Positions 23,986 through 36,815 of a DNA stretch of 64,000 nucleotides are shown here, piece after piece. The notes under the pieces were generated by a model that searched no databases, was not told the DNA's origin, and saw nothing but the letters and a program-made list of their open reading frames with translations. The position numbers were made by a program, and so were the translations under genes. Position 1 is the first letter of the stretch; the number at the start of each line of letters is the position of its first letter. This DNA is from Syncephalis fuscata S228 (Eukaryota > Fungi > Zoopagomycota), in NCBI GenBank assembly GCA_025786725.1, contig JAHLTZ010000001.1:868001-932000 (forward strand), given 5' to 3'.

Positions 23986-26194
23986 CTATCGGGAAAGATG
24001 ATTCCACGTCCAACAGACATCTTCAAGTTTCTCATCGTAAGGCACCAGTGGCAAATCGTAAGGCATCGTTACAGCTACGGTATTGGCTGTAATAGCCACA
24101 GTTGGATTTATTACTGAATTATCCAGATTTGATGGGCGTATTACGATGGATTTATCATTAGTCTATTGTGACACATTAGCAAATGGTTATAATATTTTAA
24201 ACTTTTTTTACCTCATAAAGGTTGGGCAGTATTAAAACGCCAAGTTCATAGGAACGTATCATTAACTGTGTGTTCTTCTTTTGCAACTGTCCCCAAGCTG
24301 CTTTTGACAAATTGGCACTGGTTAGCAAAAACCAGGCCAGTGTGGTGCCCAATGTTTTAGTCGTGCATATGCGTGTATAGCTCTAGCTTAAAAGCGTCAA
24401 TAATACAAATAAAGTTGTTTCAAAATGGTCATACCTTGACATGAGGCATGGCCATATCACGGCCAATATTAGAGGCAGTCCAGAGGTGCAAAAGTGGATC
24501 CATATAATGCTTTTGTGCAGCGTAGTTTTTGCCATCGAATGGCAGACTATAGCCAGCCTCTATGCCTTCAAAACTAATCAAAATATATTAACTAAATTAC
24601 AAATGTTATCATTAGTAATATACCTTGTTTCCACTTGCTGGCAAGTTGGATATATTAATTTTAACGGAATAGATTTAGCATCTGTTTTAATAATATCAGA
24701 ATCCTCTTGTTGCTGGGCAGATAAACTCTGTCCAAATTCATCCAGCAGCCAAGAAGATTGTGCACCCAATGATCCAACACTAGAAAACTAGTATTACAGT
24801 TAATCATATGCATGGTAAACATATATGCAAAGCCTACTTGTGCAACTAAGTAAGACGTATTTTGATCCGTAGGAGCCACGTGCCTGGCCAATGTCTTACG
24901 CAACTGCATATGACCCCACCGATCTCGTTGGTCACCTTGATGATAGCCAGGAACTGAAGCAATAAGTTTTGCCTAAACTTATTTGTTTTTAATGTTCTTT
25001 GCGCTGTAAAGTATGCTTACCTTGACGTGGCTAAAATCATATTGAGTAATAATTTGTCGCCATCCGGAAAGGTCATTGCCATAAACGGCCAAATAATCAA
25101 GTAAGTCTTGCTCAAATGCACATACGGCTGTTTCAGTGCTTTTGCTCGCTCTCTTTTTAACCAGTACTGGCGAAGACCACACAGCCTGAGTTTTTAGGCT
25201 TAATGGTAGTAATGAGCGTGGTGTTAATTGCTGCACAAGTGATGCAAATACCAACTTACTTCCAATCTTTAAATATAATATTGGCGGTGTGAATATGAAA
25301 TATTGCAGTGCCATCAGTATAAATAATAAACATGGCCTGTAACAGTTTATCGTTAGCGCAAGCGCATGGCAGTCTTTATGATTACCTTTGTATGGTGAGT
25401 ACCTGTCATACTGTCGTGTTATTATTACCATTATTATCATTATTGATTTAAGTAAACTTACCATAGCTGATAGGAAGTGCTGGTGTAATGATATTTAATC
25501 GGCTATTTCGTGTCTATGAAATAAATAATATTTAGCGGTATGCAGCATTGCTGATTGCAGAGACTTACATTGACATCTAGCCGATAGCGATTATCGCGAT
25601 GGCCATGTACTAGCGTGATTTCAGCACTATTACGCGATCTTTCATTTAAATGGCCGAAAAGAAAATCACGTCTATCAAATAATTTAACTGCAACATTTGA
25701 TCAATGTTACCCTGTAAAAAAGTAAGAGACGAACATATTTAACTACACTAGAATTACCTGAAGTAAATCTGACAAGGATACGCAATTAATATTGTTTTTT
25801 GGCCCTGCTGGCTCCACGTAGGTCAAACGGATGCCGCTATCTATAGCCGCAACATCGGCGACATCTTGACTGCCCAGTGGCAAACTAGTGGCTCTGATAT
25901 TTGTGTAGAATTAATTTATTACCTTAAGCATTAATTTCAATACTTACATAGTGGTGTCGTCTACTGACAAATTGAATGCACCTTTTTCACCTCCCATTTG
26001 CTGCTTTGACTCTAGTCGGGACCGTTTGTAATCAGCTTCATTAGACGAATTCTCTTCATGACTAGAGGAATCGTCAAGCAGCAGAATAGGCTGGGCTGTC
26101 TACTAGCTATGCATAAGCTAGAGTGTAGTTTTCCACGTTGCATTGAGCATACCTGGGAAAGATTACTGCTTGTGGGCCGCTTTCTCGTCGTCAT
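23986..26194 (-). CDS. TDP1: Tyrosyl-DNA phosphodiesterase 1 (multi-exon)
   Basis: Spliced motifs PISY|GTHHTK|AMFIIY...[33 protein letters not shown]|[28 protein letters not shown] and PYDLPLVPY. Both HxK catalytic motifs are intact. The start (MTTRKRP, 26194) and exact C-terminus are less certain. Confidence 0.92.
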
Positions 26195-28241
26195 TGCGTG
26201 CTTTATGTGAAAGTATCGCAAATAAGCGAAATAAATGGCAAAAAGGCGATAACAATAATAGCAATTGCTATGCTTACAAACGTATTTGCACTGCCGATCA
26301 CAATCACATGATTTTGCATGATTAGCACCATAAGCAGTAATTATTAATTATAAATACCAGCTTTATTGCTTTCGATATTCTACTCATATTTTACTTCTCA
26401 AGCATCGTTAATACAATACGACTATTTTCATGACACCACTCTCCTTATAATATGAAACACGTTATAAGCACGCACGAATATAATAAAAGTATACATTTCT
26501 CTCTCACACACGTCGCATCGCATCGTCCTTGGGTATTCTCACATCATTAGAAGCTTCAAAAGTAGCTACATTGTGTTGTATTTTTGTATTTTGGCTGTTT
26601 TATCGGCTAAATTAGTACATAATTTATATGCTCTACCTTTTGCGCTCTACCGCACGTTTAAGAGCTGCAGTTTTACGACAATAATAATTAGATTATATAT
26701 TGGCAAAAGCCATAAAATAGAATCAAGTATTTTATTCTTTATTTTTTTATATTATGTTCCACATATTTGTTGGCAAAAAGTCTTGCGTTTATAAATCTAT
26801 AAATAAATATTTAGCTTAAATAGATAAGTAAAACTAGAGAAGCATCGATTTGAGCGTAAAAATATATTGTATCAAATATTCGACGACCGTAGATATGGTG
26901 TTAGTAACAATGATGGACTACCTAGCAGATAAAAGATTGTATAAAACAAAGCTTTTACAAACAATCAGCTGTCCAGAAATCATGTAAATTAGTGATGATG
27001 TTTTATTACTTCAAAACAGCTAACTTGCTTTAATAGTCTCAAGCGTCCAAGCATATTTATAATTTATCAATGTTCTATTCTAAACAACACATATTTGTTA
27101 TTTTGTCTGCATCGCAGCAGTATGTGATCTGCACTTAGTTTGTTGTCATAATGTTGTAAATTGATAAATAGGTCGTACTTTGATTAGCGTTATTGTTGCC
27201 TATGTTTCTATTAAGTAATGTTTTGCTCGTATGCTTGAGTAGCTATAAGGCATATTATAGTTATTTTATAATAAACAATATATATTGCATTTTGATCAAT
27301 ATCCGTTTTACATGGTGCAATTTACTTTAAATAATAACAGATACCAGCTAATTCTTGGCCTGACTTATATAATTATATTATATGCGTATTAGTATGCAAT
27401 GAAAAGAGTATGGATATTAACGAGTGAATTAGCGTGTGTATGCGTAATGATCAACGTAAGCTGTCCATACCAAAATTCTCAACAAATACAGCTAGCGAAA
27501 AACAGAAAACTTTTACAATTAACGTCTAGCTATTAGAATATGCAATAGTATAAATAAAACAAAGTAAAAAAATGTGTATAAATAGTAGCGTTAATGCTAT
27601 AGTGTGTTTATATGCATGAGCGAAAGCACAAAATAAACAAAAGTATACGAGCAAAGTTAGCGTTAAATGTAAAAATGGTACCAGATAAAGCGCAATTATA
27701 ATATGCTATTTTTATATACAATAAATGAATATGCAAAAAAGCATGAGTGACGGCGGTGAAGCTATAGCGAATATAGCTCAATAAGCAAATTGGATTAAAA
27801 TTCATAAATAATAAGACTAGAACAAGAATAAAAATAGCATTGGATGGAGCAAGGTTATGCGAGTATAGAATGATAAATGTACGATATAAAAGCATATAAA
27901 ATGATGTTCAAGTTATAGTGTGTACAGCGTAATGAGGGAATGAGTGAAGTATATTGGAACATATAAACAATAGAAAATGTCTATTATATTATAGAATGAT
28001 ATATAGTAGTATAGAATAGAATGGAAATGATATAGATGAATATAGTATATGTGTGCTGGATAATAGATCTACAATGAAAATTATTGTGCATCAGTCATAA
28101 TATTAAGTCAAATTTTATGTCTGCAGTAAATAAAGTAATTATGATATTAGTGTTTATTAATTATTAGTTTTAAGTATGATTTAACAAAATGCATAATAAA
28201 GTCGTGTCGTTGATGATAGCAATAGACAAAACAAGTCAAAA

Positions 28242-28919
28242 TTAGGCGACAGGTGTTGGAGTGCTGGTGACTTGTGTAGAAGACGAGGCAGCGGACGAGG
28301 CAGCAGAAGCAGGAGTGGAAGCAGAGGGTGCTGCTGCCGTGGGACACTTCATTGTAATTTCCTTCTCGCGGACCACCTTGATGCTAGCACCACGCAGACG
28401 GAAGGTGGAGATAGCCTTGAATTGCATTGGTTTGCCAGGAGCAGGCAAGCACATACCGATGTAGCGTAGTGTAATTGGGTCAGTCAAGCCAGTTCCAGTG
28501 TAGTTGAGATTCAACGGAAGATACATCTGTTGGACTTTACGCTTTGTAATCTCCTGGTCCTCCACGTAAGAGCTACCAACCTTCACGCCGCTTACGGTGT
28601 CAACAATCTCGGTATCAATGGATTTGAAGGTCCAATCGATCCAGTTCTTGTTATCAATAACGACCGTCGCTCTGGCTTGACTGGAGAAACCGAACGGATT
28701 GGCCTGCGAGCGGACAACAGGTGGTGCAGTGACAGTGACGTCGACAATATCGTATTCGGGAATACGTGGCACAAGGAAGCCAAGAAGAAGAGCGATCAAC
28801 AAGAGAAGGAAGAATGTAAAGATGCTACAGGCACGGCAGGACCAGCAGAAGCAGTGACGGTGAAGTACAGGCTTCTGCTTCTCGTCTTTAGAGAACACGG
28901 TGGTGGTAGCTGAGGCCAT
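28242..28919 (-). CDS. LEA_2-like type II membrane protein (paralog 2)
   Basis: HCFCWSCRAC, a TM helix, VPRIP, IDNKNWIDWTF and ITMKCP. Intronless, 225 aa. Confidence 0.8.
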   Translation of the reverse strand: MASATTTVFSKDEKQKPVLHRHCFCWSCRACSIFTFFLLLLIALLLGFLVPRIPEYDIVDVTVTAPPVVRSQANPFGFSSQARATVVIDNKNWIDWTFKSIDTEIVDTVSGVKVGSSYVEDQEITKRKVQQMYLPLNLNYTGTGLTDPITLRYIGMCLPAPGKPMQFKAISTFRLRGASIKVVREKEITMKCPTAAAPSASTPASAASSAASSSTQVTSTPTPVA

Positions 28920-31125
28920 AATAAATGCTAATTAAATCGAAGCGATGAACAATAATAGCGGTGAAAAATACAGCAATACTGGATTACAAGCAGATTATTA
29001 AGATAAAGTGACGGTTGTTAAGCGTAAACAACAGAATATCAAATGGATTACTATTTGCGCTAATAGGCGAATACAGTGGTGCAGTCAAATAGTATCGCTT
29101 CTCTTGGAGTGTTTAAATAGCTTTAGCTTTAGCAAACAAACATCCGCTTAATAGATACACGCGTCGATATGCCTATGTGCGTTTCCTGCGTTTTTTCATA
29201 AAGCATCCCCGCACTACAACTATTGGCCAAAGCGGAAATGGAAAAACATGTAACAATTTCTGGAGATATTCTTTTTGCTGGAGATGCAATAATTCCCTCG
29301 CAAATAGTTGCTGCGCCACTTAAAAAGGCTGTGTTCTAATGGCAAACGTGAGAAAAGTAATCTGTAGCCATCCTAAATAGTTGCTAAAAGCTTTGACCAG
29401 TGATAAAACCAAGCTGCTGTTATTTTTGCTCAACCTTTTGTTCCAATTAAGAAACCAAATATAGGTCAGCTGCACCTGCCGGGAATATTCGAAAATGGAA
29501 CTGATGGTCGGTTAAATGTGCGGGGTGCCATCATACTTTTATTTCTATGAGATCATTTGCTCAGGATGGCATCCGCACAATTGACTGATTCATCGGCTCT
29601 GTCTTCGAGTATTTCCTGCATGTAATCAATCTATACTGGATCTCTTAATTCGAACAAAAAGCAGACTTTTACACAAATAAGTATCAAAGACTTTTTGGCT
29701 AAATCGATATTGTCTACTATCGCTATTAGTCATCATTTCAATTAATCGACAAATGCATCTGTTATTATCGTGAGAACAAGTTTTTTAAGCGGAGTTGCTC
29801 ACAAATAGCGCTGTGGAGTACGTAAATTTGCTCCAAAACAAGAAGTAATTATTATTTGCTTTTCTCTTGCCGTGCATATCCGTGTGTTTGTACGGTGTTG
29901 TTGCCAGACAGATTACTTGATTGCACGCCCCAACATGATTAAATCGCTAATGACAACAATAGTCTTCTATAATCGCAAAACCCCCAACCGATTAACAACG
30001 TTATTTGTTTTGTAAATAAAGGCGTTCCTACAATGGACCTTAGATAAAGTATATAAAACAAAGTAAAACAGATGTCTTTATTGCTAGTAACCTTCTTTCT
30101 TTAGTATTTGTCATGTAATTAAGCACATGATAAATTGCAAACGTATAATCTTGTCGCCACTTTATGTGTGCTGATACAGCTATTAATATTAGCACTATTA
30201 CTACTACATTGTTTTATAAAAAGTGCTACATAAACACTGTTATCTCCCATATTCTTATGTGCTCAAGTATACCAATTATACTGTTTGACCTAGGTAATAT
30301 TACAGTATTATAACTATAAAGTAAATAATATTCTAAGCAAGCCTAAGACTACAGCTGTTTTTATTTTGTTTATTATTATTCTTTACATTTGCACTAAGAT
30401 GGTTAATTATAGCTAATTATGTCCAAATTAGTTAATGCCACTTAGTTATGACTTTAATGCTATCTAAGTTAAATGGTGAATCATTCATAATAATAACAAT
30501 TCAAAAGAAAATAGATTGGTATATAAATGAAAGAGACCAAAAATAAAGACGATATAATATAGATAATGCAATACTGTAAGACATTAACAATATGGTGGTG
30601 TTTACAATAGATATAGCATACGATCATAATATGATGATAAACTTGTGAAAATAATAATAATAATGATAACGGCTGCTACAATTTATCATATAGTTTCATG
30701 CTCAATAGAGCAGATGGGTAACACTAGTTTGACAGATAACACTGAAAAGCAAACGTTGGCAGGGATTAATAGCAATTTATTATTTAACTATGCCACTAGT
30801 CCTACTACAGAATAACTGATAATTGAAAACAAAGGAAATAATGCATGCTACTGCTATTGGCAATATGATAATGAGTCGATTGCCAATCAATAGAGTGGCG
30901 ATCTATTCACGTTACATAGTATGTTACCAAGTGCTAATGTATACACTAGGTGATAAGGGGCTTGTTGGTCATTTTACCGATGATCCACTTGCCAGAAGTG
31001 ATGAAGAAAAATAAAGTGCCAGCTGCCTCTTACAGACAATATGGTTAATAATGAAGGGCAGAAGGTCAATTGCTAAAACAATGCCCGCTTTGTTGTTATC
31101 TGTTGACCATGGCAGCTGGCCGCGC

Positions 31126-31275
31126 TTAGTGGTTTGTAAGGCTGCCACCGCTGTTGTTCGAGAGTGCCGGTATCTTATCGCGGAATACGACAAATGTAAG
31201 CACCAATATCACAATAATTGAAATGATAATGGAGCAAATGATGGAGCAGACGCAGCGGGATAGACATCCAATCAT
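31126..31275 (-). CDS. Putative 49-aa Cys-rich single-TM micropeptide (MIGCLSRCVCSIICSIIISIIVILVLTFVVFRDKIPALSNNSGGSLTNH)
   Basis: Below the ORF-track cutoff. Start context acaatcATG resembles that of other genes here, with a pyrimidine-rich leader. Its Cys cluster, TM helix and KIP segment mirror the anchors of the flanking LEA_2-like genes. Confidence 0.6.
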   Translation of the reverse strand: MIGCLSRCVCSIICSIIISIIVILVLTFVVFRDKIPALSNNSGGSLTNH

Positions 31276-31880
31276 GATTGTAATATGCTAGTTTAACTGA
31301 AGCGGCAACACAGAGTGCACAGAAGAGAGATGCTAAAGATCAAAAAGTAGTAAGTTGAAAGAAAAGAAGTATTGGAATGCTTGCGCAATACAGGCGGCGA
31401 TGTCCATCCCGTTACCCCTTTTGTGTGAAATTGGGCGTGCCCGTTGAATTCTGTAAAGGCTGTGCGTCCACGCTAAGTTTAGCCCATAAACGCATTGTTT
31501 CAGCATATGGGACATCTATCGCGGCACACTAGCAAAGGCATAGTCTGCATTATTATTTGAAAATAGCCAATGGTAGGCAGTTGTGGTTTTTCGTTGTAGA
31601 TGCATGGTGCTGTGAACATGGTGTTATCTACCCAGCTAAATGCTATATATAAAATTGATCGTCTTAATTGGCATTTTTACAGATTAAATATAACAGTTAA
31701 TTAGTATGTCATGCGCTAGTGTGCTAATCAATTATTTATGCACCAATAAAACCCAATGTTTAAATGTGTTAAATATTTAATAACCGACAGGCTATAACAA
31801 ACTGATTCATAATCCATACAATGTATTAAAGATAAAGCTAATCGACTCATATCCCTTGGACCCATAGCAAGAGATACTTT

Positions 31881-32453
31881 TTATTGGTCTGGGCAAGTAA
31901 TAGTGATGTCCTGCTTAATTGTTGGCTCCAATGAAAAGACAGCTAATCCTCTGAGATTTAGTTTGGCTTCAATTGTAGCGGGGATCGGTATATGTGGTGA
32001 CGCACAGATGGCTACAAGACGAGCGACTTCTGCGTCGTTCTTATCGCCTTGGTAGTTGAGATTAATGGGGACGAGAAGATTGTACATTTGACGCGCTGGA
32101 ATATCGACACCAGCAAGTGTGCCGTTGCCAATAAGCTTGTCGGTTCCTTTGTCGTAGACCTTGACATTCATTTTCTCAATAGTCCAGGAAATGTAGTTTT
32201 TGTTATCAAGTCGGAGAATTGCGTCGTATTTCCCGGAAAACGTGCTATCTGTGGCACTGGGTGCGTTAATCGTGCGGAGACCCAAATAGTCCACATCTGG
32301 CATGCGTGGCCAGATAAAGAAAAGCGCAATCGCAAGACCTATCGATAAAATAACGAATATAATGGTGAAAACGAGGCAGCTGCAGCAGCAGCAAGTTCGC
32401 GTAGCGACCGGCTTGGATCGTTCTTGTTGGGAGAATATGGTGTGTGGTGCCAT
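31881..32453 (-). CDS. LEA_2-like type II membrane protein (paralog 3)
   Basis: TCCCCSC, a TM helix, WPRMP, LDNKNYISWTI, IGNGTLAGVDIPAR and ITITCP. Intronless, 190 aa. Confidence 0.8.
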   Translation of the reverse strand: MAPHTIFSQQERSKPVATRTCCCCSCLVFTIIFVILSIGLAIALFFIWPRMPDVDYLGLRTINAPSATDSTFSGKYDAILRLDNKNYISWTIEKMNVKVYDKGTDKLIGNGTLAGVDIPARQMYNLLVPINLNYQGDKNDAEVARLVAICASPHIPIPATIEAKLNLRGLAVFSLEPTIKQDITITCPDQ

Positions 32454-34096
32454 AGTAATAGTGCGTATTTAAAAGTTAGGAGCAATCAATACGATAGCTA
32501 GAAACGAATAAGTTTAATGCGACGAGAAATAGCGTCGAAAAAAGCTGTATATCTTAAAGCGTAATGGGGCAGTAAGCAGTGACACTGATGCAACAGATAA
32601 AAATATCAAAAAATACTAGTTATACCAGTTAGGTTGTTTGTTAAAGGCAAATATTTCAAAATAGTTCGTACACGTAAAGTTACGCTTATACAAACGATGC
32701 ACTAAAAAGAAGTTAAGACGAGGCGCAAGGTAGCAAATAGAAAAGAGTAGCAGTAATAATGTTAATTCGACTATGGCATGGACGTCGCCTTTTATTGTTG
32801 CCAGAAGTCGTAGCAATAACGCTGAGAAGGTATCTACACAGCATTGTTGCAATAACAGGTAAGAACGTGAATACTACCATGTAGAGATAGAATAATTATC
32901 ATAGGCAAAGGCAGCATCAAAAATCATCTATTTTGGGGCAAGTGAAGCAAACTATAGACGCCAAGAAATGCCATAGAATTCCGACTTATTCAAAGTTATT
33001 GAGTAATATTGAAAAAAAATTTGGTACACAGTGTGTTTTATCTTTTTCTTTTTTGGCAAAAAAGACGCATCGCTAGTGCCAAGAAATGACATTAACCAGT
33101 ATTTCATGTCAACTGCATGCTATGTTATGCAGTTCAATAAAAAAAAAGAACCAGTTAGGATGGAATAATAAATATGCTAATAATTAATTAATGGTCAAGT
33201 TGAATATTAATTCTTTTCAGTGGGAGATTTAGTTATTAAAATTGCATACAAATAAATTAATGCCACTAGTTTGAGATTAATTTTTAAAATATAGGCAACA
33301 TCAAATAGGTGGTACAAGTAAGCGGATAAGCATAAGGTACTTACTGTGTTTTTATTGCAGCCTTTAATATTATCATTGGATTAATTAAGTGCCAATGTTC
33401 AGTGAATTGCCTTAATCAAGAGCAAAGACAGTTATTAATAGATAAGCTAATGAATTGTCTGCTGCTGCAATTACCAGACTATTAGACTATGGCGTTACTA
33501 ATATGTAATGAAATATTTAAAATGTATACTTCGTTGGTTATTCGCTAGCAAACAAGGAGTGCTATTCAATAAACAGCACCAAACTATAGCTATTTACATT
33601 TGTGCTAGAATAGCAGCTGGTTCAACAGCTATATCAGCACATGGGCTGACACAGTCCCTAGTAGTAACACCATGCTGGTTCAAGAGAACCTGTGCGATCA
33701 TAACAGGCAACCAGTGTTTAAACAAGATAGATACTTCTCCTTATCGCCAAGTATCATGACGATGACTTGGTCAAACATGTGGCGTTTTGGCTTAAGTAGC
33801 GCAGCACAGCCAATGATTTTGTAAACATTCTCAAGGACACCATCACTTATGGAATAGTTTAGAATGACATCAGTGAGATTATACACATGAATTCGATTGC
33901 GATAAAATACAATAAAACTACCAATATTTGTACAAACATATAGAATGTAAAACGCCACCTAACGCTAATCTTCTATCATATCTTACTTTTTGTCTCTCTA
34001 TTATCAAGCCAATAGTTAAACTATATCCACGCTGGTGTGAAACATAAATAATCACCTTGAATTCTTGGCACCAGTACTTTTGAAACATTTAATTTA

Positions 34097-34253
34097 AAAA
34101 ATTGGAAAATGCATTGTTTTTAGTTTTAATTAGAAAAATACATTGTTTTAAAATTTACCATAATAAATTCTTCTTTTTTTAGTTTATTATAATAAATTTA
34201 AGAGCAATGTATTTTTATAATCAGAATTAAAAACGGTGTATTTTTCAAATTTT
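34097..34253. repeat. Fold-back inverted repeat (~72-bp imperfect arms, ~11-nt loop)
   Basis: aaaattggaaaatgcattgtttttagttttaattagaaaaatacattg...ataataaatt pairs with agtttattat...caatgtatttttataatcagaattaaaaacggtgtatttttcaaatttt. Confidence 0.7.
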
Positions 34254-34579
34254 CTACTATTAATGCGTATCATTAATTAATAGCAGTTTCACTTTTAAGA
34301 TTTTCACTCTATTACATCTAGTTTATTTATCTTAGCTTCATAAAGGCATTGCCGTAGATATTATAACATGAGACAAAATTAGTATATTTGTGGCTATTAA
34401 CGCATTATGGTTATAAGCATTTATAATGTTATATTATTTTTTTCATTCGTTGTCGCCTATCATTGCTCAACTTGCCTATTTTATGCTAAAAATAATAACA
34501 CGTGCTAGCCTTTCAATTGCGTACCCATTCGTCATCAGTATTCATTGCTGTTTCGTATCTATAACAATTATATCGCAAC

Positions 34580-35694
34580 ATGAGCTTATATTCTTTCAAT
34601 ATTCCTAAACGTCAGCTTGGCAAAAATGGCCCATTACTGCCGGCCATTGGACTGGGCTGCATGGGCATGTCTCCTGGATCCTATGGAAATAATAAAGTGT
34701 ACTCCAACATATCACTAGCAGACTTGCCAGTCGACGTAAACGACGAAACCACTGCATCGGCTCTGGCCACGCTTACTCGCGCATTTGAAGCTGGATGTAC
34801 CTTTTGGGATACGGCCGTGAGTAATATAACTTGTATACGTCACAATGGTACTAATTATCTACACTAGAATGCATATGGTTTTGGCCATAACGAAAAATTG
34901 ATTTCACATGTGTTAAAAAAGCATCGAGATCAAGTGTTTATTTGTACAAAGTTTGCCATTCGCATGTTTATGGATGGTCGCCGTACCGTCTGTGCCGAAC
35001 CAAGTTATATCCGCCAGTGCTGTGAAGAAAGTCTTGCTCGTCTTGGTGTAGACTGCATTGATTTGTATTACCAGCATCGTGTTGACCCCAATGTGCCAAT
35101 CGAAACGTCGGTTGGTGCTATGGCCGAGCTTGTACGTGAAGGTAAGGTGAAGTACATTGGCTTGTCAGAATGCTCGGCCGAAACGCTACGTCGTGCCCAT
35201 AAGGTTCATCCCATTGCAGCCGTGCAAGTCGAATATAGCCCATGGACTCGTGACATTGAAACAAATGGACTACTTGATGCCTGTAAAGAGCTCAATATAG
35301 CACTAGTTGCATACGCACCACTTGGCCGAGGCTTCTGACCGGCAATATCCGCACCGTAGATGATATTCCTCCTGGTGATCGTCGTCATTATATTCCACGT
35401 TTTGAAAAAGAAGCTATTGAAAAGAACCTAGCACTTGTTGATGCATTTCGTCGTATGGGCGAGAAAAAAGGATGCACTGCCAGTCAGCTATGTTTAGCAT
35501 GGGTGCTAAAACAATGGGATGGCATCTTTGTTATTCCTGGCACTAAGCGTGTCAAGTATCTGGAAGAAAATCTTAGTGCCAGTAATGTTGTAGTGACCGA
35601 TGAAGATGACAAGGAGCTGCGTGAATATATTGAAGACATTGGTGTTACAGGTGAAAGATACAATGAAGCAGGTTTGAATATGGTCAATATTTAA
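34580..35694 (+). pseudogene. Aldo-keto reductase copy A (YakC/AKR13-like), intron 34817-34867, 1-nt deletion at ~35333-35336 (pseudogene or assembly error)
   Basis: GLGCMGMS, WDTA|NAYG, CTKF, LYYQHRVD and GLSE. It reads ggcttctgacc where paralogs have ggctttctgacc or ggcttcttgacc. The downstream frame is otherwise intact. Confidence 0.85.
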
Positions 35695-36470
35695 TCTATT
35701 ACATTGTAACTTGTGTGCAATATAAATAAATGGGTTTATCATTGTAATTATGCCATTTAAGTATGAATATTCGATAATCTTCAATATGATATTAGCAAAG
35801 AACGTTAACTTTACCAATATTTTATTAGCATTATTTGTATTAATTACTAAATAACGAATCAGATAATATATTATTAAATAAAACAACAGTTACATCATAA
35901 TATGATTAGTATCATTTCTTTCTTCGTCAGCTCATTCCTTTCTATATTATCCTATGCTTTAATAAACACGCTTTATTAATAAAAGCACATGTCCATTATA
36001 ACTTTTTACAAAAGCGCACATACTATTATTCTATCACCAATATCTATACACTCTATTTGTTTATTTATTTTGTATCTATATCACTTTGCTAACCTGCAGT
36101 TACATTGCAGCATAAGTATAAAATAAACCAAGATAATAGATGTCGCTTAAATTAAATCATACCCAAAGATGATGATATAGAATATTAGGGCATAAAAATT
36201 ACTTTATTTTAGTTAAATTAAAACAAGTATAGCAACTATCCCGGTTGTTAATAAGTTATGGTGTTTATTTTAAAGTTATAGTATAATTTTTATTAGCCAG
36301 AGCTTGTTGTACATCATAATCAATGCCGTTGTGTAACCATAGCACTGTTTGCTCTACGTCATCAGTTCAGCGATGACGCGTTTATTGCTATTAAACAGAG
36401 GGCTATATGCCTTTATCTGCTCTTTTCATTCGTAACTTTGCACCTATTGATTGTTTAGCAAACCAGCATC

Positions 36471-36815
36471 ATGCCAGTACTTAACATTAACACCAATGTT
36501 CAAATAAAGGACGAGGAACAGCTGATGCAAGAGGCAACTGAGATTATATTTACTGAGCTGGACAAGCCAAAGAAATATATCCTAATTCATGTCAATTCAA
36601 ATCAAAAAATGCTTTTTGCCGGCACTCATGATCCGGCAGTCAATGCTCGCCTCCTTTCCTTGGGAACCGTAGAGCCTGAGGCAAACAAGCGAGTATCGGC
36701 TCGTCTTTGTGCAATCTTTGAAAAACATACCGGTGCCACTGGTGACCGTATGTACATCGAATTCACAGATCCTGGCTATGCCAACCTTGGATATAATCAT
36801 TCCACTTTTGGATAA
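36471..36815 (+). CDS. MIF / D-dopachrome tautomerase family protein
   Basis: 114 aa. M-P-x-L-x-I-x-T-N-V start with catalytic Pro1, LxKPxxYI, MLFAGTHDPA, DRMYIEF and NLGYNHSTF end. Confidence 0.9.
   Translation: MPVLNINTNVQIKDEEQLMQEATEIIFTELDKPKKYILIHVNSNQKMLFAGTHDPAVNARLLSLGTVEPEANKRVSARLCAIFEKHTGATGDRMYIEFTDPGYANLGYNHSTFG

Noticed and set aside
26255-26285. Possible RFX X-box (attgctatgcttac) upstream of TDP1
   Set aside because: Three mismatches to the palindromic consensus, which is expected by chance.
33500-33960. ORFs of 83-86 aa in a slightly GC-richer patch
   Set aside because: No recognisable motif, and stops interrupt any extension. It may be a relic but I cannot support that.
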